A stretch of 62,611 nucleotides of DNA from an uncultured Lentisphaeraceae bacterium. Lineage in GTDB: Bacteria > Verrucomicrobiota > Kiritimatiellia > RFP12 > UBA1067. Below the pieces are notes generated by a model. The model did no database searches and had not been told where the DNA came from. It was given only the letters and a program-made list of their open reading frames with translations. The stretch spans positions 1-62,611 of the forward strand of contig CAZKZI010000002.1 of the NCBI GenBank assembly GCA_964557205.1, given 5' to 3'. Each line of letters opens with the position of its first letter. Positions within the stretch are counted from its first letter, which is position 1. A program made the position numbers and the translations under genes. This document shows positions 44,500 through 52,265 of the stretch, piece by piece.

Positions 44500-45768
44500 T
44501 TATGGTTGCGGCTGGAGGTCAGCATCCGCGTTCCCAGTCGCACCTGCCGGAGCCTTCGCATTAGTAGCGCGAATGAATCGCTCAAGTTCAGCAAGATCCT
44601 TTTTGAGCTGTTCCAGCGTCTTGCGCACAATCAATTCATCGCGCCTCGCCTCGTCCAGGCGTTTGTGAGCTTCGGCTGCGCCGATCCGCGCCTCTGCCTC
44701 GGCTTCACGTGCTTTCATTTCTCCTTCTTTGGCAGCCTTGAGCCGCGCCTCCGCCTCGGCGACCTGTGTTTGCACCTTTTTTAATGCGGATTGCAGCTCA
44801 ATGATCTCAGCCGTTGCCTTATCGATTTGATCTTTCAGATCGCGAAGTTTTTCATTTGCCTGCTCAACTTGTGCCGTGTATTTGGACGCCTCAGTGCGCC
44901 TGGCATCAGTCTGTTCGCGTGCCGATTTCAGATTTGCCTGTTCCAAGGCCAGCTCCTCCTTGATCTCCGACAGCAGCTTGTTGGTGGCAGTAAGTTGAGC
45001 TTCCACTGCTGTTTTGGCTTGCAGAGCGACCGCCTGTTCCTGTTTCAGATCGTTCAGCCTCTTTTGTTCTTTTTTGATCTCCGCAAGAGTCGTATTCAGG
45101 CTGGAGAGAGCATTTTTCAATTCGGCGTCCTTCTCGTCGATTTCCGCACCCAGACGTTTTTTATCGTCGCCCAGGGTGACGATATCCTTGTTCAATTGGT
45201 CACGGCGTTTCTCGGCATCAAGTGCTTCCTGCGTCAATCGCGGCACGCGTATTTCAAGCCCCTGCAATGCTACAGCCACTGTGTTGGTATGCGCCTGCAG
45301 GTTTGCCGACTCCTGTTTTAGAAACTCTGTTTCTTCACTAACTTTTCCATTCTCGATTCGCAGTAGATGATTCGTCCGCGACAGAGTTTGGCAAATACTT
45401 TCAGCCGCCATACGATCCGCTTCAGCATTTTTACGCAATTCATTCTCTTTGTTATGGGCTGCTATAGCACTTTGCAGTTTGGTGTTAGCTTCTCTAACGC
45501 GATCAACCAGGTTGGTTAATTCAATTTCGGTTTCCACCGTCTCCTGAACCTTCCGGCTAGTTTTTTTATTGAGCTTGTCAATTTCTTCGTTGAGAGAGAC
45601 AACCTCCTTTTTTTTATCACGTATGCGAGCCTTGATATTAAAAAGTTCAACTTGCGGCAGTAATCCGACGATAACGACACTGATAAAAATAATCAAGACG
45701 CACAGTTCAATGATGCCCTGCCAACGTTTTTTATCCGGCTTGCGCACCTGTTTTTCAGTCTGTTCCAT
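44500..45768 (-). CDS. membrane-anchored long coiled-coil protein (operon gene 2)
   Basis: The ORF-track start TTG 45777 overlaps gene 1. ATG 45768 lies 9 nt after GAGGAG and 1 nt after the gene 1 stop. One TM helix (GIIELCVLIIFISVVIVGLL) is followed by ~380 aa of coiled-coil-type sequence. Confidence 0.65.
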   Translation of the reverse strand: MEQTEKQVRKPDKKRWQGIIELCVLIIFISVVIVGLLPQVELFNIKARIRDKKKEVVSLNEEIDKLNKKTSRKVQETVETEIELTNLVDRVREANTKLQSAIAAHNKENELRKNAEADRMAAESICQTLSRTNHLLRIENGKVSEETEFLKQESANLQAHTNTVAVALQGLEIRVPRLTQEALDAEKRRDQLNKDIVTLGDDKKRLGAEIDEKDAELKNALSSLNTTLAEIKKEQKRLNDLKQEQAVALQAKTAVEAQLTATNKLLSEIKEELALEQANLKSAREQTDARRTEASKYTAQVEQANEKLRDLKDQIDKATAEIIELQSALKKVQTQVAEAEARLKAAKEGEMKAREAEAEARIGAAEAHKRLDEARRDELIVRKTLEQLKKDLAELERFIRATNAKAPAGATGNADADLQPQP

Positions 45769-45769
45769 G

Positions 45770-46396
45770 TTAATCAACTCCTCTCATTTGATTCCAAAGT
45801 GTCTTTACCTGTTTGGCACATTCATCCATGTCTTGCATCAACTCTGACACCCAAAACCGTTTAACCGACCATCCAGCGGCTACGAGTTTTGCGTCCCGTA
45901 TAACATCTTGTACTTTGCGACGTCCTCTCCTGTCGCAATGGGTGGAGCGTCCGTCCACCTCCACGTCCAGACGTTGACATCCGTCTGACGATACGAGAGC
46001 GATGTCAAGAAAGTACCCCTCGGCAGGATACTGTTGGAAGATGTTAAGTCCCATCTTCCAGAGCTTGTCGGCAAATGCCGGTTCCCAGACTGGACCGATA
46101 AAGGCGGGATTACCCACTAGCGTTGGGCCGCTAGATGATGAACAAGATGGCGTGTTGACCGATTTTGAAAGTGTTTTATCAGAAGCAGAAAACTGCTTGA
46201 GACACCAGAGTGTGCCGTGATTTATTGACACAGCATTTTCATCGGACAGGTCGGCCATGGCCATGGCAACCTGGCTCAGGCGGGTGGCAAAACCGATACG
46301 CATACGCAGCACATAAAATCCCATGCCGACCGGCGAACCGGCCAGGTTTTCCTTAATCGCTTGTTTCAGTGTTTCATCTCGCAACGCAGATGGCAT
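45770..46396 (-). CDS. DUF559 / Vsr-like restriction-endonuclease-fold protein (operon gene 1)
   Basis: The C-terminal half FADKLWKMGLNIFQQYPAEGYFLDIALVSSDGCQRLDVEVDGRSTHCDRRGRRKVQDVIRDAKLVAAGWSVKRFW follows the DUF559 pattern (E..f...L...g....Q..v..Y.lDfa....l.iEvDG..H.....D..Rd..L...Gw.v.Rf). The N-terminal ~110 aa are unassigned. Confidence 0.7.
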   Translation of the reverse strand: MPSALRDETLKQAIKENLAGSPVGMGFYVLRMRIGFATRLSQVAMAMADLSDENAVSINHGTLWCLKQFSASDKTLSKSVNTPSCSSSSGPTLVGNPAFIGPVWEPAFADKLWKMGLNIFQQYPAEGYFLDIALVSSDGCQRLDVEVDGRSTHCDRRGRRKVQDVIRDAKLVAAGWSVKRFWVSELMQDMDECAKQVKTLWNQMRGVD

Positions 46397-46649
46397 GTTT
46401 TTGAAAACCTTAAAAACAGACGTAAATATATCCTGTCACATTAATAAAGATATACCATTCACATCATTATTCGAAACTATAACTGGGTTGCGTACTGATG
46501 GCAAGTCTCTTTGAGAGGAAGATGGCAGACGGGTTGTGATTGATTTTTGGCACCGCTGGAAGTAGTATATATACGGTTTATGTACGCGAATTAGTTTCTC
46601 ATTTGCCTTTCGAGTTATGTAGGACAAGTCAGGATTCAGCGGGGGAGTT
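46397..46649. promoter_or_regulatory. AT-rich divergent intergenic region (likely promoters of the seven-gene operon and of 46650..48803)
   Basis: A 253-nt gap between divergent starts, markedly AT-rich. I could not pin convincing -35/-10 hexamers. Confidence 0.35.
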
Positions 46650-48803
46650 ATGAAAAGACGTGAGATGTTGGTGGCGACGGGATCGGCGGTGATGGGGATG
46701 AGCATGCGGCCTTTTGTCGCGCATGCGCAGGTCGGCGTAAAGACGGGCGGCAAAAAAGTTTTCCGGGCTGGGGCCTGTGCGCAGGACATCACGCCGGAAT
46801 ATTTTCCGATCGCCGTGAACGGCGGGTTTAAGCCGCGCTATGTCGAGAAGGCGCTTGATCCGCTACACGCGCGCTGTCTGGTGCTTGATGACGGCGCGGG
46901 CCAGATCGCCATGGTGGTGGTCGACAGTTGTGTGCTGGGCCGTGAATTGATGGAAGAAGCCAAGCAGACGGCCAGCCGTCTGACGGGGATTCCAGTCGGC
47001 CGGATTTTCATCTCCGCCACGCACACGCACTCCGCCCCGGCGGTGATCAGCCTGCTGGGCACGGATCTGGAACCGCGTTACCGTGCGTGGTTGCCGGGCA
47101 AGATCGCGGAAGGCATTCATAAGGCGAGCAAGGCGCTGGCGCCGGCACAGGTCGGCTGGGCGGTTGAAAGCCTGCCGGAAGTGGCGCAGTCGCGCCGCTG
47201 GATCGCGAGGCCAGACCGCATAAAGGAGGATCCTTTCGGCGAGTTTACCACTAGGGCGACCATGCATCCGGGATACCGCAACCCGGACTGGGAAGAGCCT
47301 TCGGGACCGATGAATCCGGAGGTCAGCGTACTGGCGGTACGCCGGCCTGACGGTTCGCCGATTGCCTTGCTGGGGAGCTTTTCGATCCACTATGTCGGCT
47401 CCGGCGCTCTTTCGGCCGATTACTTCGGCGTTTTCGCGGAGCGCGTCGCCGCCCTGCTGGAAGCGGGACGGGAGGGGCGGCCTTTTGTGGGAATTTTAGC
47501 CAACGGGGTCAGTGGCGACGCATATCTCAAGAATTACACTTTGGAGAAGCAGGACAAGTTCGACAAGCACTCCATTGCCGAGGTGGTGGCGCAGGCGGCG
47601 TGCAAAGCCTACCGCGCGGCGGTTTGGAGTGACTGGCTGCCGCTGGATGTGCGCGAATCAGAGCTGGAACTGAAACTGCGTGAACCCAAGATCGAGTGGG
47701 CGAAGAAAATCATGGCGGAGATCGAGGCTGGACGCGAGAAGGCGGAATCGCTGACCGGGGCTTACGCGCGTGAGCAATTTTTGCTGGCTGAGATGCCTAA
47801 AACCGTTCGGCTCAAACTGCAGACTTTGCGCATCGGCAAGTTGGCGATCGTGGGTATCCCCTGCGAGGTCTTTGCGATCACGGGTTTGCGGATCGCGGAG
47901 GCGAGTCCGTTCGAGCACACCTTCACGGTGATGCTGGCTAACGGCTATAATGGCTATCTGCCGCCGCCCGAACAGATGGTCATGGGCGGGTACACCACAT
48001 GGCTGGCGCGGTCCAGTTATCTGGAGACGGAGGCCGAGCCGAAGATCGTGGCTGAGGTCGGGAAACTGCTGACCGGGCTGGTCGGCGGCGGGGCGGTCAA
48101 GCGCGCGCCGAGACCGCTAGCGCCGTACGCCGTGGCGGTTATGGCGTCCGAACCGCTGGTATATTGGCGGCTGGACGAGCTGGCCGGGCCGCATGCGCTG
48201 AACGCGGTGGACGGGCGGCCGCTGGGAAAATTCGGCATGCCCACGGCCTACCACATGCCCGGCGCGCAGGCGCCGGATTTCCCCGGGCTTGGCGCTGGCA
48301 ACCGCGTGCCGCATTTTGTTGGCAAGCCCTTGTCGGCGGCGGTGGCCGGGCTGGCCGGGTCTTACAGCGTCGAGTTCTGGTTTTACAACTGCATGCCGTC
48401 CGACGCGCGCGCTGTGACGGGTTACCTGTTCGCGCGCGGCAACGGCGACCGGCTGGCCATCGGCGGCACGGCGCAGGCACCGGGGAAACTGGTGTTCCAT
48501 GTCGGGGACGATCTTGGGCAGGCGTTAGGCGGCAAGACCGATGTGCCGTTGCGCAATTGGGTGGATCGAGAGAGCTGGCATCATGTGGCTTTCGTGCGCG
48601 ATGGCCAGACGGTCAAGGTGTATCTCGACGGCAAGCCGGAGCTGGCTACGGAGACCGCGTCGCCGGACGCGTCGCCGGATTTATGGATTGGCGGCAAGGG
48701 TGACGGCGAGCTGGGGTTTGAAGGCCGCATTGACGAGGTGGCCGTGTTCAGCCGTGCGCTGGGCGCCGAGGAGATCGTGCGGCACTACCGGGCGGCGGTG
48801 TAG
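46650..48803 (+). CDS. neutral/alkaline ceramidase-like N-terminal domain + C-terminal LamG domain protein (Tat-type signal)
   Basis: RBS GGGGGAG. The N-terminus MKRREMLVATGSAVMGMSMRPFVAHA looks like a Tat signal. RAGACAQDITPE...LHARCLVLDDG...VVVDSC...ISATHTHSAP follows the ceramidase-like pattern. The C-terminal LamG motif is GRIDEVAVFSRALGAEEIVRHY. Confidence 0.65.
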   Translation: MKRREMLVATGSAVMGMSMRPFVAHAQVGVKTGGKKVFRAGACAQDITPEYFPIAVNGGFKPRYVEKALDPLHARCLVLDDGAGQIAMVVVDSCVLGRELMEEAKQTASRLTGIPVGRIFISATHTHSAPAVISLLGTDLEPRYRAWLPGKIAEGIHKASKALAPAQVGWAVESLPEVAQSRRWIARPDRIKEDPFGEFTTRATMHPGYRNPDWEEPSGPMNPEVSVLAVRRPDGSPIALLGSFSIHYVGSGALSADYFGVFAERVAALLEAGREGRPFVGILANGVSGDAYLKNYTLEKQDKFDKHSIAEVVAQAACKAYRAAVWSDWLPLDVRESELELKLREPKIEWAKKIMAEIEAGREKAESLTGAYAREQFLLAEMPKTVRLKLQTLRIGKLAIVGIPCEVFAITGLRIAEASPFEHTFTVMLANGYNGYLPPPEQMVMGGYTTWLARSSYLETEAEPKIVAEVGKLLTGLVGGGAVKRAPRPLAPYAVAVMASEPLVYWRLDELAGPHALNAVDGRPLGKFGMPTAYHMPGAQAPDFPGLGAGNRVPHFVGKPLSAAVAGLAGSYSVEFWFYNCMPSDARAVTGYLFARGNGDRLAIGGTAQAPGKLVFHVGDDLGQALGGKTDVPLRNWVDRESWHHVAFVRDGQTVKVYLDGKPELATETASPDASPDLWIGGKGDGELGFEGRIDEVAVFSRALGAEEIVRHYRAAV

Positions 48804-49071
48804 GGAAGAGAGAAGAATTAGGAATTAGGATGGATGCAAGCCAGCCGTGCTGCTGTGCTGGGGAGACGGGTTATTGCGACCACCAAGTGGACGCAATGGA
48901 GAGGGTAAAAAAAGAAAGAGAGAAGAGAGAGTAGGGAAGAGGGAAGAGAGAAAGAGTGGAGAGAGAATAGCCCCCCCGCCCGGGGTTTCGGTAATGAACG
49001 AGGTGGTAACGGTTATCAACGAATTAAACGAATGAGACGAATTATAATTAGCTTAATTAGCTTAATTCGGT
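48804..49071 (+). repeat. purine-rich heptad tracts, a degenerate core, and a 9-nt-periodic AT-rich tract
   Basis: It starts at the stop codon (TAGGGAAGAGAGAAGAATTAGGAATTAGGA). GAGTGGAGAGAGAATAGCCCCCCCGCCCGGGGTTT resembles the core's left part. 49018-49071 has 9-nt periodicity (AACGAATTA AACGAATGA GACGAATTA TAATTAGCT TAATTAGCT TAATTCGGT). Confidence 0.7.
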
Positions 49072-49100
49072 GAGAAAACTTGAAGTTATAGGTAAAGCGC

Positions 49101-49808
49101 ATGAGTGAGCAGAAGAGGTTGACTTTGGTGGCGGATCGTTCGGCCGGTAGTTCCGGAGTGGCAGTGTTTCGCGGCAGTGAGTCGGTCTGCATAAAACGGT
49201 GGGAGGCCGAGCCTTCGCGCACGCCAGAATGGATTGCCGAGGCGGGGAGCGCCTTGGACCAGGCCGGGATTGAGCTGTCCGAGATCGGGCAGTTCATTTG
49301 CGGTTTGGGTCCCGGGTCGTTTTCGGGCATACGCTCGTGTTTATCGGCCTTGCAGGGCATGGCGCTGCCAGGTGGGCGACCGGTTTGCGGCGTGTCCAGC
49401 GCGGCGGCGCTGGCGTTGGGACAGGCGTGCGGCGAGGAGGCGATTACGGTGGCAGGCGACGCGCGGCGCGGCCGAATCTGGTGTGTGACTTACAGGGTGG
49501 ATCGGGATGCGGCGCGGGTGCGTCTGATGGACGGGAGCGCGCCGAGCCACACCGGCGACGATTTCACGCTTACTACGGCGGAGGATCTGTTGTATGCCGT
49601 GCCGGAAGGAACGCGTGTCGTTTCGCCGGAGTGGAGGCGGTTGGAGACGGTGTTGACAGAGATGTTTCCGACGGAGCTACTGGTGCGGCAGGATGTTTTT
49701 CCGGACGTTGTTGACTTGGGGCGGCTGGCCTTGGCCGAACCTGGCGCGTGTTTGTCGGATCCGGTGCCGATCTATTTGCATCCGGCAGTGGCGGCGCGGG
49801 GAGGCTGA
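49101..49808 (+). CDS. tsaB: tRNA t6A biosynthesis protein TsaB (YeaZ) family
   Basis: LTLVADRSAGSSGVAV...ICGLGPGSFSGIRSCLSALQGMAL...VCGVSSAAALA is collinear with E. coli TsaB (AIDTATEACSVAL...[29 protein letters not shown]). Confidence 0.7.
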   Translation: MSEQKRLTLVADRSAGSSGVAVFRGSESVCIKRWEAEPSRTPEWIAEAGSALDQAGIELSEIGQFICGLGPGSFSGIRSCLSALQGMALPGGRPVCGVSSAAALALGQACGEEAITVAGDARRGRIWCVTYRVDRDAARVRLMDGSAPSHTGDDFTLTTAEDLLYAVPEGTRVVSPEWRRLETVLTEMFPTELLVRQDVFPDVVDLGRLALAEPGACLSDPVPIYLHPAVAARGG

Positions 49809-49849
49809 GTGGAATGGCGGAGTGATGGAATAGTGGGAAAGCTGGCGTG

Positions 49850-51553
49850 ATGAGGTGTAGGCAAGTTATAGCGGCGGTGCTGATGGCGGCGCTGGGGGCG
49901 TGCGGCGAGACGGTGTTCCGTCGCAGCATGGAGCGCGTGTCCAGCATGGATCCGGCAATGGCAGCGTCGTTGTATGCCGCGCGGGCGGTGCAGCTCGCGT
50001 ATGAGACGCTGTTAGAGTTCGACTACGCGGCGCGTCCGTACCGGCTGGTGCCGGGGCTGTCCGAATCCTTGCCGGAGGTGCAGTCGAACGGGTTGGTCTA
50101 TGTTTTCCGCATCCACCCTGAGGCGCGTTTCCAGCCTGATCTCTGTTTTGGTGTAGGCGCTGGGGGAGCGGCGCGCGGTCGGCCGGTTGTGGCCGGGGAT
50201 GTGATTTTCGCGCTCAAGCGGTTGGCTGACCGGCGGGTGGCATCGCCTGGCGCGTGGCTGGTGGAGGACACGATCGCGGGGATGCGGACTTTCGCGGATG
50301 CCAGTGTGCAGGGCAGCGCTACCGATTACGCTATGGAAGTTGCGGGGCTGAGGGCGCTTGATGCCCGCACGGTACGGATCGAACTGACACGGACTATGCA
50401 CCAGTTCATATGGTACATGGCTATGGCTTACACGGCGGTGGTACCGCGTGAGGCGGTTGAGTTTTACGGGGATGATTTTGGCGGACACGCGGTCGGCACG
50501 GGGCCTTACCGGCTGGCGGGGTGGCGGCGCAATCACCAGATGATCTTTGAGCGTGATGCCGGTTGGCGCGGCTGGGACGCGGGGTCGGGCAAAAGCGGGG
50601 ATGGCGCGGGCGCACGGCCTTTCGACAAGGTGGTGTACCGGGTGATCGACGACGCATCGACACAGTGGTTATGTTTTCTTGCGGGCGAGCTGGATTTTCT
50701 GGGCGAAATCGCGCGGGATAACTGGGATGCGGTGATCGGGGCCGACGGTGCATTGATCAGCGGGTTGCGCAAGCGTGGCATCAGTTTGTATTCCATGCCG
50801 GCGCTGGAGGTGGCGTATGTCGGAATCAACATGGAAGATCCGGTTTTGGGTGGCAACCGGGCCTTGCGGCAGGCACTGAACTGCGCTTTCGACAGCGAGG
50901 CCTGGGTGCGTTTTTTAAACAACCAGGTGTTGCCCTGCGACGGGCCGGTGCCGCCCGGGATCGAGGGGCGTCTGGAGAGTCCGTTCCCTTACGCCTCGAA
51001 CATAGAAAAGGCCAAGGAACTTTTACGTGTGGCGGGTTATCCGGACGGGGTTGACCCGCGCACCGGGCGCAGGCTGGAACTGACGCTGGATTTGGGGCGC
51101 ACGTCGCAGGACATCCGCGAGTCCACCGAACTGCTGGTGGCGTTCTACGAGCGCGCTGGTATCGCGCTCAAGCCACAATACCACAACTGGCCGACCTTTC
51201 TGCGCCGCGTGTCGGGTCGGCAGAGCCAGATGTTTCGGATCGGCTGGGTGGGAGATTATCCCGATGCCGAGAATTTTCTGCAACTTTTTTACGGCAAGAA
51301 CATTTCTCCGGGGCCGAACCGGACGAATTTTGTCGATCCCGGGTTTGACCGTCTTTACGAGGCGGCCTGCAGCGCGTCCGGCGCGGTTGAGCGCAGCCGC
51401 TACTGGGCCGAGGCGCAATCACTGGTGCGTGAAGAGTGCCCGTGGATTTTTCTGCACTTCAGGCGGGCCTACAGTCTGTGCCAAGCGCGGGTCTTGAATT
51501 ACGTGCCCTCCGATTTTCCGTATGGAACGGAGAAATATCTGCGGGTGAGATAG
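49850..51553 (+). CDS. ABC transporter substrate-binding protein, family 5 (peptide/nickel type), lipoprotein
   Basis: The ORF-track start is GTG 49847, with ATG at 49850. Lipobox-like LMAALGAC. ETLLEFDY..RPYRLVPGLSESLPEVQSNGLVYVFRI and WVGDYPDAENFLQLF are typical SBP_bac_5 segments. Confidence 0.75.
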   Translation: MRCRQVIAAVLMAALGACGETVFRRSMERVSSMDPAMAASLYAARAVQLAYETLLEFDYAARPYRLVPGLSESLPEVQSNGLVYVFRIHPEARFQPDLCFGVGAGGAARGRPVVAGDVIFALKRLADRRVASPGAWLVEDTIAGMRTFADASVQGSATDYAMEVAGLRALDARTVRIELTRTMHQFIWYMAMAYTAVVPREAVEFYGDDFGGHAVGTGPYRLAGWRRNHQMIFERDAGWRGWDAGSGKSGDGAGARPFDKVVYRVIDDASTQWLCFLAGELDFLGEIARDNWDAVIGADGALISGLRKRGISLYSMPALEVAYVGINMEDPVLGGNRALRQALNCAFDSEAWVRFLNNQVLPCDGPVPPGIEGRLESPFPYASNIEKAKELLRVAGYPDGVDPRTGRRLELTLDLGRTSQDIRESTELLVAFYERAGIALKPQYHNWPTFLRRVSGRQSQMFRIGWVGDYPDAENFLQLFYGKNISPGPNRTNFVDPGFDRLYEAACSASGAVERSRYWAEAQSLVREECPWIFLHFRRAYSLCQARVLNYVPSDFPYGTEKYLRVR

Positions 51554-51617
51554 GGGATGGTTGATGGGGGTTATAAGTTGCGTGGCGTGGAGTTAGTTTG
51601 CTAAATTATAAATCGTT

Positions 51618-52265
51618 ATGAAAATAGTAGTTTTTCTGGGTGCGCCGGGTTCCGGCAAGGGTACTATTGCCAGTCGTATGGCGGAGGCGAATGAAACATG
51701 GCGTCATGTCTCGAGCGGTGACCTGCTGCGTGACGCGGTCAAGCGGCAGACGGCCGCAGGTAATGAAGCCGGAGGTTACATGAAGCGCGGGGAGCTGGTG
51801 CCGGACGTGATCGTCGGACAGATGATCGGGAATTGCATAAGCGGCGTGGCGGGCGCGGACACCATGTTGCTTGACGGGTTTCCCCGGACCGTGGCGCAGG
51901 CCGAGATTCTGGACATTGTGGTCGCGCGATGCGGTGCTGAGCTAGCGGCGGTGATTTTGTTGGAGGTGGCGGACGATATCATCGTAGAGCGTATCGCAGG
52001 CCGCCGGAACTGCCCCAAGTGCGGGGCGGGGTATCATGTCAAAAACATACCGTCGCGGGTCGAGGGCGTTTGTGACGTGTGCGGGACCGGGCTGGTTGTC
52101 CGCAAGGACGACAATCCCGAGACGGTGAAGAACAGGCTTTCGGTTTACAAGGGGCAGACGGTTCCGCTGATTGATTTTTACGGTGTACGGGGCTTGTTGC
52201 GGCGGGTTGACGGCACAGGGCGAATTGACGACACAGTGCAGATAATCAGGCAAACTTTGGCATGA
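51618..52265 (+). CDS. adk: adenylate kinase (Zn-lid type)
   Basis: P-loop GAPGSGKGT, LLDGFPRT, and lid cysteines CPKCG...CDVCG. Confidence 0.95.
   Translation: MKIVVFLGAPGSGKGTIASRMAEANETWRHVSSGDLLRDAVKRQTAAGNEAGGYMKRGELVPDVIVGQMIGNCISGVAGADTMLLDGFPRTVAQAEILDIVVARCGAELAAVILLEVADDIIVERIAGRRNCPKCGAGYHVKNIPSRVEGVCDVCGTGLVVRKDDNPETVKNRLSVYKGQTVPLIDFYGVRGLLRRVDGTGRIDDTVQIIRQTLA

Larger units (their letters stand above)
34861..46649. other. accessory island 2 (AT-richer) carrying the seven-gene candidate defence operon
   Basis: Composition is visibly lower in G+C than the flanking PLD and ceramidase-like genes. Borders are approximate, and no integrase or tRNA was seen. Confidence 0.55.

Noticed and set aside
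46540-46560. TGGCAC in ttggcaccgctggaagt as a sigma-54 (-24/-12) promoter.
   Set aside because: The -12 element (TTGC at the correct 4-5-nt spacing) is absent.
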